From Octopus sinensis (lineage: Eukaryota), in the NCBI RefSeq assembly GCF_006345805.1, contig NC_043014.1:2666001-2730000 (forward strand): a DNA stretch of 64,000 nt, in the 5' to 3' direction. Under the pieces are notes generated by a model that searched no databases, had not been told where the DNA came from, and saw only the letters and a list, made by a program, of their open reading frames with translations. This document shows, piece by piece, positions 50,612 to 63,085 of this stretch; the first letter of the stretch is position 1; every line of letters begins with the position of its first letter. The translations under genes and the position numbers were made by a program.

Positions 50612-51010
50612 GGAATCGTGGCTGTGTGGTAAGAAGCTTGCTTCCCCAACCACATGGTTCCAGGTTCAGTCCCACTTCGTGGCACCTTGGACAAGTGTCT
50701 TCTACTATAGCTTCGGGCTGACCAATGCCTTGTGAGTGGATTTAATCGACGGAAACAGAAAGAAGCCTATCGTATATGTGTGTGCGTGTGTATGCATGTT
50801 TGTTTTTGTGTCTGTGTTTGTCCCCCACCCCACCCCATCATCGCTTGATGATGTGTTTAGGTCCCGGTAACTTAGCGGTTCGGCAAACTGACCGTTAGAA
50901 TAAGTACTAGGCTTTAAAAAAAATAGTCCGACAAAATCACACACTTCAAGGCTGTGCTCCAGCATGGCCGCAGTCAAATGACTCAAACAAGTAAAAGGAT
51001 AAAAGAACAT
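50612..51010 (+). mobile_element. SINE family B
   Basis: Near-full-length copy. Confidence 0.8.
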
Positions 51011-51524
51011 AAAAGAAAATGAGAGAAGAATCGGGGGAAGTTTCCATGAGGTGGGGCTTTTCTATTCTATGTCTTTAATTTTAGATTTGTATTATTTTAC
51101 TTCAAGGCTTCCATAGATATTCTTCTTGTTTTTTTTGTTTTTTTTAATGATGGATGGTGGGTAGGATTCTACACAAATTTATTTTGCTGTCAACAAGTGT
51201 TGTTTTTTTTTATATTTAATTCTCGCTACTTTAATGAATTGCAAATTCATTTAAATCGGTCGTTGATGATTTTATCAGTTACAAAACTATTCCCAAGTTC
51301 CTTTGTGACTTACTGCAAAACGCGCAGACAACAGGCCATTGCAACAGTTTCATTTGAAAATGCGATTGTGAAAGCCCCGAAACGTCAGACTCATAGATTT
51401 ACGATTGGTCCCAAACGAAATATTCAGAAGTAATAAAGAAATGTGTAAAATTCTTAATAAAACAAACCAAACTTGAACATAGTTGTACTTTTATAACAGA
51501 CACATACACACACACATACATACA

Positions 51525-51560
<36 letters not shown>

Positions 51561-51574
51561 TGTGTGTATCTTTT

Positions 51575-51779
51575 ACTTTTTTATTTGTTTCAGTCATTTG
51601 ATTGCGGCCACTCTGGAGCAGCGCCTTTAGTCGAGCAAATCGACCCCAGGACTTATTCTTTGTAAGCCTAGTACTTGTTCTCTCGGTCTCTTTTGCCGAA
51701 TCGCTAAGTTACGAGGACGTAAACACACAGACAACGGTTATCAAGCAATGGTGAGGGGACAAACACAGACACACCAGCA

Positions 51780-51819
<40 letters not shown>

Positions 51820-51990
51820 CATATACGATGGGCTTCATTCAGTTTCTGTCTACCAAATCCACACACAAGGCTTTGGTCGGCCCGAGGCTCTTGTAGAAGA
51901 CACTTGCCCAAGGTACCACACAGTGGGACTGAACCTAGAACCATGTGGTTGGTAAGCAAGCGACTTACCACACAGCCGCGCCTGCGCCTA
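51575..51990 (-). mobile_element. SINE family B
   Basis: Near-full-length reverse copy. Confidence 0.8.
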
Positions 51991-52215
51991 TATGTATGTG
52001 TATATCAAATAGCTTATAACGTATTTACTGTATTAAGGCCGAAAAGCAATCTGTATAGCCAACTTATCGTGGAGGTTGTGTTAGAACACGGGATACTGCG
52101 TTTTTTACCTCGAGAGGGTCTGTCATAAAGAATTTCTCATAAGGACTCGTGGTGCATAAAATCACATGCGGGTATATCATTGACAGGCGAGGATCGTCCG
52201 CTATGACCACCGTAA

Positions 52216-52262
52216 CTGCCAACTCAAGTAATTTCACCCTGCTATGGGTTCCTCAGTGACAG
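52216..52262 (-). ncRNA. Hammerhead ribozyme motif (cleavage site degenerate)
   Basis: CTGTCA-CTGAGGA-ACCC-atagca-GGGT-GAAA-ttacttgagt-TGGCAG; 6-bp stem I and 4-bp stem II, but the NUH register is off by one. Confidence 0.45.
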
Positions 52263-52419
52263 ATGTCCCGCAACACGATAACACCCGAAGCTCTCGTCAA
52301 CGATTATATAGAATCTCAGTTTCTATTCAGGCACTGGTTTCGCAGAGGTACATTTGCTCTTCTCGAAACATAACGAACCACAAGTGGGTTTTTTTTAAAG
52401 AATAAACTAATAACAACTA

Positions 52420-52885
52420 AAAAGTCCTCTCCCTGGCAATTAGTGCGAGAGGGGTTGAGTGGTGGACAAGACTGAAAGGGCTGAAGATGGACAGTCCTTC
52501 CTGTTTCGGCCAAAAACTCATCGGCTTTTTTAAGTTCCCCTTAAAAAAGAAAATGAGAGTTGAAAGAGAGGTGCTACTCCTCAGTAAATTTGTCGAAAAG
52601 TGAGTGAATGTGGCAAGATTAGCCCAAGTGAGTGAGCCTGTTCCTATCACATAGGAAGGTGGCGCCTCCCTGTGGTACCTTTTGCGGTCAAGGTGATCCA
52701 AGTTCCGTGAGGTTCTTAGGTTGCCCCCGGATGGTACAAGTACTTCTTGGAGAATTTTGTTGGTATCAATTTCCTTGTTATTATTTTATTGTGTCCACGT
52801 GTGTGTATAAATCTCCTCTGTCCTTGCGTTTGTATTGTCCTGAATGCTCTTCTCTTTTATCCTTGTGGTCGATAAAGAAAATGCT
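52420..52885 (+). mobile_element. Tx1/L1-clade LINE 3' end
   Basis: WWTRLKGLK...FKFPLKKKMRVERE...FVEK*VNVARLAQV, frameshifted; ends ccttgtggtcgataaagaaa. Confidence 0.55.
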
Positions 52886-53057
52886 TTTTTATTATTGGTA
52901 TATTTGCCATCTCAATATGGCTAACCACTAAGGGTGGGTGTTACTGTAGCTTTTAGCCCCAGGAGAACATCTCCTCCAGCTGGCTTTAGGCACACTTTCT
53001 GTGCCCTATCGGTATTTGCATAGGGAGGTCATCCTTCCCTCGTCAACCTAAGTGATA

Positions 53058-53102
53058 CGCACGGACTGCAGTTTCTGGGTATTGACCCGTCATCAGCGCA
53101 CG
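53058..53102 (-). ncRNA. Type I hammerhead ribozyme motif (left arm)
   Basis: CGTGCG-CTGATGA-C-GGG-tcaata-CCC-A-GAAA-CTGCAG-TC|CGTGCG. Confidence 0.7.
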
Positions 53103-53183
53103 ACAATCACCAGTTTTCGATGAAAGGAGTTCCCAATGCAAATATTAATATCCTTTTTCCAGTAACTGAAAACCGGTGATTGT

Positions 53184-53228
53184 CGTACGCTGATGACGGG
53201 TCAATACCCAGAAACTGCAGTCCGTGCG
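53184..53228 (+). ncRNA. Type I hammerhead ribozyme motif (right arm)
   Basis: CGTACG-CTGATGA-C-GGG-tcaata-CCC-A-GAAA-CTGCAG-TC|CGTGCG; stem I extends via GTGAT/ATCAC. Confidence 0.7.
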
Positions 53229-53967
53229 TATCACTTAGGTTGACGAGGGAAGGATGACCACCCTTTGCAAATACCGATAGGGCACAGAAGGTGTGCCTAA
53301 AGCCAGCTGGAGGAGATGTTCTCCTGGGGCTAAAAGCTACAGTAGCATCCACCCTTAGTGGTTAGCCATATTGAGATGGCAAACATACCTCACATTGTCG
53401 TGCAGTTACTGTTTATACCTCGTTCAGAGATTTATTATTTTTTATTATTATATTTTTGTAATTTGGTGGTTTTGTTTAAACGACCAGCTCCAAGTCTCAC
53501 CCAGGAACTACAAGCAACAGTAAATTAGTCCATTTTACTGTGGGTGTTATTTATGATTAGCAATGCTATATTTCAAGGGAAAAGGAGACCAAATCTTAAG
53601 AATCAAGATTCCGTTTAGTTTTTTTTCTAATATCTGCAATTTTGAAAGATTTTTAACGATTCAGATATTCTCAAGTTGACAGTATTTTTCTTAGGATGTG
53701 GACTGTACCCATGGGAACAAAAAAAATTTTTTCCAGTTCTGACACTTTTTGATTTCCTGGTATTTGATCATAGTATTTCAAAAACGCCACCTGATATCAT
53801 TCCCTCAAAGCACCCATAATCATATATGCAGTTATCGTTCTTAGATGCCACAGTTTTGAAACCGCCATTTCAAAGTTATATTTATTTATCTTCTAAAACG
53901 TTTTCACAGAGGTGTTGCAGTCCGCTCACATTTATATATCATAAGCAAACATTATTATTTCGCCTGA

Positions 53968-54023
<56 letters not shown>

Positions 54024-54420
54024 TGAGACCCGAGCTGGCAGAAACGTTAGCACGCCGGGCGAAATGCTTACCGGTATTTTGTCTGCCGTTACGTTCTGAG
54101 TTCAAATTCCGCCGAGGTCGACTTTGCCTTTCATCCTTTCGGGGTCGATTGAATAAGTACCAGTTACGAATTGGGGTCGATGTAATAGACTTAATCCGTT
54201 TGTTTGTCCTCTCTGTGTTTAGCCCCTTGTGGGTAGTAAAGAAATAGGTATTTTGTCTGCCGCTACGTTCTGAGTTCAAATTCCACCGAGGTCGACTTTG
54301 CCTTTCATCCTTTCGGGATCGACAAAATAAGTACCAGTTGTATACTTGGGAGGGGTCGATATAATCGATTTCCCCTTCCCCTCAAAATTACTGGCTTTGT
54401 GCCAAAATTCGAAAGAATTC
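54024..54420 (+). mobile_element. SINE family A preceded by (ATT)n
   Basis: One body unit then a second unit with the alternative tail. Confidence 0.8.
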
Positions 54421-54519
54421 TTATTATTATAATTTACGAAGGAAGTTCGTTGAAAAGGTTTTGGCTTCTGTAAATGGTTTCTGCCTACCTTGCAGCTGGC
54501 GGACAGGTTTACCTCCTGC

Positions 54520-54564
54520 TGCTGATGATGATGACGATGAAGATGATGATGGCAGTGGTGGCGG

Positions 54565-54595
<31 letters not shown>

Positions 54596-55348
54596 AATGA
54601 TGAGGGGGAGGAGGAGGAGGATGACGATGATGATGCTGATGATGACGAAAATGATGAAGATGATGATGATGATGGTGATGATGAAGATGATGATGAGGAG
54701 GAGGAGGAGGAGGAGGGGGAGGAGGATGACGATGATGACGATGGCGATGATGATGATGATGAGGAGGAGGATGAGGAGGATGACGATGATGATGCGGATG
54801 ATGACGAAAATGATGAAGATGATGATGATGATGGTGATGATGATGAGGAGGAGGAGGAAGAGGAGGAGGAGGAGGAGGATGACGATGATGATGCTGATGA
54901 TGACGAAAATGATGAAGATGATGATGATGATGATGATGATGAGGAGGAGGAGGAGGAGAGGAGGAGGAGGAGGAGGATGACGATGATGATGCTGATGATG
55001 ACGAAAATGATGAAGATGATGATGATGATGGTGATGATGAAGATGAGGAGGAGGAGGAGGAGGAGTAGGAGGAGGAGGATGACGATGATGATGAAGATGA
55101 TGATGATGATGATGATGACGATGATAAAGACGATAAAGATAACGACGAAAGTGATGATGATGACACGGACGACGATGAGGAGGATGATGCTGAGGAGGAG
55201 AAGGAGGAGGAAGAGGAAGATTGACTCTATCACGACTACCAACATCATCGTCGTCATCATCGTCAACACCACCACCATCACCATCATCATCATCATCATC
55301 ATCATCATCGTCAACACCACCACCATCATCACCACCACCACCACCATC

Positions 55349-55379
<31 letters not shown>

Positions 55380-55385
55380 TTGTTT
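54520..55385. repeat. (GAT/GAG)n array with higher-order units, switching to (CAT/CAC)n
   Basis: Recurring gatgacgaaaatgatgaagat unit; orientation flip near 55230. Confidence 0.9.
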
Positions 55386-55894
55386 TCAGCCTGGACACCA
55401 TCACTGCAACGTTCACATCTCCTCTCCCTCGGAGGCCCCTATATTTTTTTTAAATCTCATAACATGATTCTCACATATTTTGCTGTACAACCCCACCAAA
55501 AACACTGAACCGCCACCACCACCACCACCACCATGCCATTACAGCACACCTCTCCGCTCTTCACATAACACCCTACTTACCAATTGACCCCTTTTTTTTT
55601 CCTCCCCCCTAATGTCCCACTTTTCCCCTGTTTTCACTCGAAAGGTTTCCAGATGACAACTTGTGAAAACAATAAATAAATAAGTAAATAAAATAATAAA
55701 ACAAAACGAAACGAAACGAAATGAAACGAAATAGATAAGGAGGGAGTGAAAGAAAGACAGCAACAAGTATGTGTACTTTAATGGGAATATAGGGCAGATG
55801 CACACACACACACATATATATATATATGTGTATGTGTGTGTGTGTATGTACATATGTATATGTGTGTGTATATATATATATTTATATATATTGC

Positions 55895-56010
55895 TGTTTT
55901 TACTGAGATCTCCCTTTTTAGTAGAAGAAATAGCTATAACTCTTTGACTGCTATTTCTAAATTCGGTATGTGGTAAGGCAATTCGTTGCTAAACCCTTTA
56001 TTGCTTAGTA
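55895..56010 (+). repeat. Solo arm of the 11949-12183 foldback family
   Basis: tttactgagatctccc...ttcgttgctaaaccctt. Confidence 0.7.
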
Positions 56011-56050
<40 letters not shown>

Positions 56051-56121
56051 TATATATGTGCATATGTATATATATGTATGTATGTATATATAGAGAGACA
56101 CACATATGTAAAGATGTATGT

Positions 56122-56163
<42 letters not shown>

Positions 56164-56879
56164 ACACATATATACGCACACATATATATATATACATAAG
56201 CACACACACGTGTATATATGTGTGTGTGTATTTGTGTGTGTATGTGAGTATGCATATGTATATGTATATATATATGTACATATATATACATATATATACA
56301 CACACACACATATATATGTATATATATATATACATATGTATTTGTGTATACATTACACACATACATATGTATATACACACACGGATTTATGTGTGTGTAC
56401 TATGTGTATGTGTGTGTGTACACGCACACGCACACATACATCTGCACATATACTCATCACACACAAGAACACACGCACACACACACACGCACACACACAT
56501 TACAGCCGTGAATTGCAGACACTGCAAACTCACAAGTGAAATCCTTCACTCCCCAAAACCGCCGCGCCCTGCCCTGTCCCGCCTCCATAACAGCAACGAA
56601 ATATTCTCTTTAAGCTATATTTACCCATGAGATCCAATATGAATGTCAGAACTTCCTGAGAACCAAACAGAGAAGAATAACAAAACAACGAAACGGTGCC
56701 AATTTGATTAAAATACATTTAAAATAATGGAACTGAAAAAATGGCAGCGGTGTAGAATGCTTCTAAGTTAAAGCAATCCTGATGTTGTTGTCTGCGATTG
56801 TTAAATTACGATTGTGAAGAAGTCTTCTGGAAAAATCTGGGCAGCCGAGTATAACAATAATGTATAATTGTTTCTTCTC

Positions 56880-57468
56880 TAGGCACAAGGTCCGAAATTT
56901 GGAGGGAGGCGGTGCCAGTCGATTAGATCGACCGCAGTACGCAACTGGTACTTAATTTATCGATCCCCGAAAGGATGAAAGGCAAAGTTGACCTCGGCGG
57001 AATTTGAACTCAGAACGTAAAGACAGATGAAATATCTATTTCTATTTCTTTACTACCCACAAGGGGCTAAACAGAGAGAGGACAAACAAGGACAGACAAA
57101 GGGATTAAGTCGAGTACATCGACCCCAGTGCGTAACTGGTACTTAATTTATCGACCCCGAAAGGATGAAAGGCAAAGTTGACCTCGGCGGAATTTGAACT
57201 CAGAATATTTAGACAGACGAAATACCTATTTGTATTTCTTTACTACCCACAAGGGGCTAAACACAGAGAGGACAAACAAGGACAGACAAACGGATTAAGT
57301 CGATTATATCGATCCCAGTGCGTAACTGGTACTTAATTTATCGACCCCGAAAGGATGAAAGGCAAAGTCGACCTCGGCGGAATTTGAACTCAGAACGTAA
57401 CGGCAGACGAAATACGGCTACGCATTTCGCCCGGTGTGCTAACGGTTCTGCCAGCTCGCCACCTTATA
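56880..57468 (-). mobile_element. SINE family A with three tandem body units
   Basis: ~178-bp periodicity. Confidence 0.85.
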
Positions 57469-57509
57469 GTAAAATATACTATTTATAGAACGAGTTGGAG
57501 TTTACAAGT

Positions 57510-59260
57510 TTATATGTGTGTGTGTATGTAGAATGCCATGGTAGAACTTCCACTGACCGCATTGTCTGACTGACAGCGATCTGTGCGCGCCTGACTGTAT
57601 TCGAGATACCAGGTGACGTGCATTGGTCTACACTTGGTCCGGGTATAGGACTCCGCTAGAGGCAAGCAGTGGGGGAGTGGCTTGAACAAACAGCGACCAC
57701 ACCTGCTCACCGTCAAGGTAACGCTGGAGACTGAACCTCAGAGCGGGTCAATGCATCATGAGTCACAACTTGCTGAATCCTCCATGCAGCAGATGTTGAC
57801 AGCAAATGAACGAGCTATCTGACCAGCAGAAGAGGTCCCTGTCACAGAAAGCAGAACAAGTGCTCCAGTCTGATCGACCATGAAGCAGGGAAAGGCATGA
57901 CGGTCAGGCAGCAATAGATGACGGATGCGATACGGACGTTCACCTCCTCCGCTCAACCTTCCAATGATGGTTTCCTTTTTGGCCCATTTCTGGATAACAC
58001 TGTTCACTTCAGCCCAGTTCTTGTCCTTACCAAACCAAACTCTGTGCAATTTAACCGATCCGTCCATCCAGCGAATTCCCCATGTTGCTGTTGTGCTGCA
58101 TGGGTCTGCCTTTTCAGGTGCCAAGTTGCAAACCCATTGGCTTTTCCTGGTTCATTTTGGCTACTGCCACTGCTTCGTACTTCCTTAAAATAGCTCCAAT
58201 CACCTCAATGTGTTTGGTGTCCAACACCATTACGGAGACATCATCTAGATATGCATACATGGATCTTGTGCACCTTAGTTCACGAGATGCTCCACAAAAC
58301 TTCAACATTCTGCATGTAAAAGCCACCCAGCACACTCTGCTAAGTTGTTGGCATTAGGAAGGGCATCTAGCCATAGAAACACACAACAGGCACCTGAAGT
58401 TTGGACAGCTTCCTGCAAGCCAGTTCCATGTCAAACCATCCAACCCGTGGCATCATGGAAAGTTGATGCTAAACGAAGGGTAGAGAGGGGCACCCTTGAC
58501 GGGCCAAACACATTGTGCTGAAGAGTTCCAATAAGTGACCATTTACTCTGACCACTAAGCACGTTGCATCCAGTCTTTGAAAATGGGACCAAAACCAGTT
58601 GCACTGAGGACAGCCGCCGAGAATTGATTACTGACTTTATCAAAAGTTTTTGATCGATATTCATAGATCAGGCCCCATCCATGTTAGGTTCCTTTCCAAA
58701 TTTTCTGTGATATATCGTGTGAGGTGGAGTTTGTTGTGGATAGATCTGTTTGGATGTTGCATGTCTGTACCACACCTACCAGAGTATCGACGACAAGCGG
58801 CAACCTCTTAGCTAATTCTTTGGCCAAGAACTTGAACCCTGCATTTAGTAGAGTTACGACCTAGGATCCTAAGATTGTCAAAAAATGCACTCCTTGTTTG
58901 GGTTCTTTGTCAACAGTACCACCACACTTCTCTTTGCAGGAATGGAAATTCTCTATTCCGCTGCCAGTCATAGTAGACCTCTGCACAGAGGCCCCCGAAC
59001 AAATCTGACGTATGAAGATAAAGCTCGTAGGGCAGACCATCTGACCCCAGTGACTTCTTCCTCATGCAAGCTATCGAGGTCAGCAGTAAGGTTCACCCCT
59101 CTGCCCCCCCCCACCCGACCCATCGAACTACCGAGTTATTCAACCCCATCGACAGCAATCTGGAGTGTCGCATATCAAACATATATCACAGAAAGGGTCC
59201 TCAATTATTCAGCTAAAGAACTTGGATGTTCCCACGTTTGTGCAATGGCGTAAGATTTGA
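57510..59260 (-). mobile_element. Tx1/L1-clade LINE RT remnant
   Basis: Frameshifted echoes of RPITLLN, KxLAKRL, GFGPIF, VNG...RQGCPLS and AYLDDVSV...YE...K.N.EK motifs. Confidence 0.75.
58317..58475 (+). mobile_element. Family C element nested in the Tx1-like LINE
   Basis: aggaagggcatc...catggaaagttgatgctaaacga splits the RT between the QGCPLS and YxDD regions. Confidence 0.65.
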
Positions 59261-59689
59261 CAACCAACTAATTAATTCTTCATCTGAACTGAAAGAGAAA
59301 CAAAAAAAGATGAGTTGTGTTGTTGCTGGTGAGGATGGATTTATTCCAAGAATTCCAATTCTGCTGCCATTCCACTTTATTTTGCAGCAACTGCAGCCAA
59401 GACACTAACATGCTGGTTCCTACAGCTACAACAGATGTTGTTCAGCCAACAAGACCAAAACCAGACTTTCTAAGCACAGATTCATGGCCTCACGAGACTA
59501 ACAGGTTCCTTCTCTCTCTCCTGCTACTCCCTTCTTCTTCCTGATTTATTTTAAAAGTCTGTGGTTCTCAGTCATTATGTTTTGCCAAGTCCATCAACAA
59601 ATTCCAGAAAACTTTAGAGATGGCAGGATTACATCTAAAGGATCCCTACTTTCCCCACAGACAATTATAAGTTGCTGTCTCACGATACG

Positions 59690-59875
59690 CAAACACACAC
59701 ACATACATATATACACAACGGGCTTCTTTTAGTTTCCGTCTGCCAAATCAACTCACAATATTTTGGTTGGCTGCCTGGGGCTACAGTAGAAGACATTTTC
59801 CCAAAGTGCCACACAGTGAGACTGAACCTGGAATCATGTGGTTGGGAAGCAAGCTTCTTACCACAGAGCCACACC
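59690..59875 (-). mobile_element. SINE family B 5' half
   Basis: Core match. Confidence 0.75.
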
Positions 59876-60424
59876 TTGATCTTAGAAAATTTTCAACTTT
59901 TCATTTTACACCAAAAATCGACAAAATCAGGGGTCCTCCCCCCTTTTTTTTAGTTTTTTTTAAATAATTATCTTGATTTGTTTTTTTGACTAATTGTTTT
60001 GTCAGACAAAGGCAGAGGAATTGTGGCAAGTTTGTTAGAATCCAAAGATGGGTCCAATACAAATGTGGTTTTGAAGCAAGAAATAATTCTTTTATAGGGA
60101 ACAGAGAATCTTGAAGCACATAGAGCTATAAAGAATAACTCATACAGACTTGATTGAAATAATCTCACTTGACAAAAAAAAGTTGGAAGCTTTATCCAAA
60201 AGGGTTTTCTAACCCTATAATAAATAGCTTTTTGCATGTGCTTCAAGATCCTCTGTTCCAAGAAGGAAAAATTAATGTTGTGTCCATTCGTCTCACCTCT
60301 CTCTTGCTGTTTGTTCCTCTCTCTCTCTCTAGATGTCTCTTCCTCTACTTTTCTCTCATCTCTCAATCTCCCTGTTTCTCTATCTCTCTGTTTATCTCAC
60401 TTTATATATATCCATCTCTCTATA

Positions 60425-60830
60425 TTCTTTTACTTGTTTGTCATTTGACTGTGGCTATGCTGGAGCACTGCCTTTAGTCAAACAAATCGACCCCAGGAAT
60501 TATTCTTTGTAAGTGTAGTACTTATTCTATCGGTGAACTAGTTCTAAGCTACGGAGACGTAAACACACCAACATCAGTTGTCAAGCGATGGTGAGGAAGA
60601 CAAACACAGACTCACACACAAATATAAACATATGTGTGTGTGTGTATGTATATATATATATATACATACACGGTGGGCTTCTTTCAGTTTCCATCTATCA
60701 AATCCACTCAGAAGGCTTTAGTCGGCCCGAGGCTATAGTAGAAGACACTTGCCCAAGGTGCCACACAGTGGGACTGAACCTGCAACCATGTGGTTTGGAA
60801 GCAAGCTTCTTACCACACAGCCACGCCTGT
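60425..60830 (-). mobile_element. SINE family B
   Basis: Near-full-length reverse copy. Confidence 0.8.
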
Positions 60831-61479
60831 GCCTAGCCACACAGGATATATCTGTCTCACGCTCTATCTATTTTTCTATCTGTCAACCAGTGTTTAGTTT
60901 CTATGTTTCTTTACATCAAAACGATCAGAACAAGGGTCCATTTATTTACATCTCTGCTAAACTTTACATCCCACAGCTTTGTCATTTTCATGTGAAGAGC
61001 AACAAAATAAAAAAAAAAAAAACCTCACTTGAAACCACAAAGGTTGGTGACAGGAAGAGCATCAAGCCGTATACTGCTGCCTCACAAATACTCAACCAAC
61101 ACATGCCAGCAGCGAAAAAGATGTAAAAATGTTGATGCCAATGATGATGATGATGCTGATGCTATTACATATTAGAGTGATGTCCTCTCCTTGATAATTG
61201 CTTTTGCAATATTTCGGCTGTTGTTCTAGCTTTCTTCATGTGTCTTCTGATCCACCTTAACGCCTTGTCTGGGATTGAACTAAGAATCTACAAGGTGACT
61301 GCACTGCATACACCAATGCCTTTACTCACTATGCTATGCCCATAAGCAGTGTCAGAGGGAATTGTTAAGGCTTAAACCACCTCAACTGATGTCTTACGTT
61401 GGTTCCATAGCGATTGGATAATACAATTCTGTATTTTCCGAGATGCCAGTGTATGTGTGTATGTATATATATATATATA

Positions 61480-61830
61480 CATTACTCTTTACTCTTTTAC
61501 TTGTTTCAGTCATTTGACTGTGGCCATGCTGGAGCACCGCCTTTAATCGAGCAAATCAACCCCGGGACTTATTCTTTGTAAGCCCAGTACTTATCTTATC
61601 GGTCTCTTTTGTCGAACCGCTAAGTGACGGGGACGTAAACACACCGGCATCGGTTGTCAAGCAATGCTAGAGGGACAAACAGACACACAAACATATACAC
61701 ATACATACATATATATACGACAGGCTTCATTCAGTTTCCGTCTACCAAATCCACTCACAAGACTTTGGTCGGCCCGAGGCTATAGCAGAAGACACTTGCC
61801 CAAGGTGCCACACAACGGGACTGAACCTGG
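61480..61830 (-). mobile_element. SINE family B
   Basis: Reverse copy lacking the extreme 5' end. Confidence 0.8.
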
Positions 61831-61961
61831 TTGGTTGGTTGTGGCATTGAAGCAATTATATTTAGAGCTAAAAGTTGGCCCCTTTTTTTTGGCCTCACCC
61901 CTTATAACTAACCACTTAACTAGGAAGTGTGAACAGCGTTTTGTGTTTTTGTAAAAGCCAC

Positions 61962-62125
61962 CCTGCACACTCTGCCAAGTTGTGGGCATTAGGAAGGGCA
62001 TCCAGCCATAGAAACACACAACAGGCACCTCAAGTTTGGACAGCTTCTTACTAACCAGTTCCATGTCAAACCGTCCAACCCATGGCATCATGGAAAGCGG
62101 ATGCTAAGCGATGATGATGATGATG
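61962..62125 (+). mobile_element. SINE-like family C
   Basis: Core and (GAT)n tail. Confidence 0.75.
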
Positions 62126-62774
62126 AAGAATTTTATATTGTGTATTAGTCAGAGTGGTGCCCTCATCCTGGTTGTTGCAATGGTAATGGTGGTGATGATG
62201 ATGATGAGGAGGAGGAGGAGGAGATAAACGAACCAGTTGCTATTGTTGTTTGGAACCAAGTTAGCCCAGATCAAAGAACTTCCCTCCATGACCATCCCGT
62301 ATTATTTCCTGATAGAACACTCTACGACTACATTGTCATACGATGTGTCTTTCCATCGTTGAATTAGTTCACATCAGAAAGTAATTTGAGGGAGATTTGG
62401 TTGTTATTTCTAGCAGGGTCAGAGCCAGTGAACATGTTGAGGTGTATTTTTTGTCTCTCTCTTGGTCCAACGGTGGGCCTGTGTCCCCTGCATGTGACCC
62501 CTAGGTCATGCGGGGGGTCTGCAAAATTAATCACCTTAATGTTTTTGATGCTACTTTTTAATAACAAAAAAATTGGAGAATTTTTTTTTTTGTTAAATAA
62601 AAGTATTTTTGCTGAATATGGAAATCAGAATTGGAAGAGAAGTCAAAACAAAGAAAAACAAAAAACAACAAAGAAAAACAACAAATAACAAAAGAAACTT
62701 GTTTTAATTTACAAAATATAATTAAAAAAAGGCTAGAATGACAGAGACTGAGAAACAGAAAGACGAAAAGAGAT

Positions 62775-62944
62775 TGAATAGTAGGTGGGTAGAGAGAGAG
62801 AGAAATAGATAAGGAGAAGGAGGTAGATGGCAAGAGAGAGAGAGAGAGAGAGCAAGAGAGAGAGAAAGAGAGCAAGAGAGAGAGAAAGAGAGCAAGAGAG
62901 AGAGAGAGCAAGAGAGAGAGAGAGCAAGAGAGAGAGAAAGAGAG

Positions 62945-62999
<55 letters not shown>

Positions 63000-63049
63000 A
63001 AGAGAGCAAGAGAGAGAGAAAGAGAGAAAGAGATAGATAGATAGATATG

Positions 63050-63085
<36 letters not shown>

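Larger units (their letters stand above)
52903..53383. mobile_element. Inverted Penelope-like pLTR pair (216-bp arms, 7 mismatches, 49-nt spacer)
   Basis: Arms 52903-53118 and 53168-53383, each containing a hammerhead. Confidence 0.8.

Noticed and set aside
54276-55453. Long ORFs (296-330 aa) rich in S/H/D/E/M
   Set aside because: Translations of trinucleotide microsatellite in several frames on both strands.
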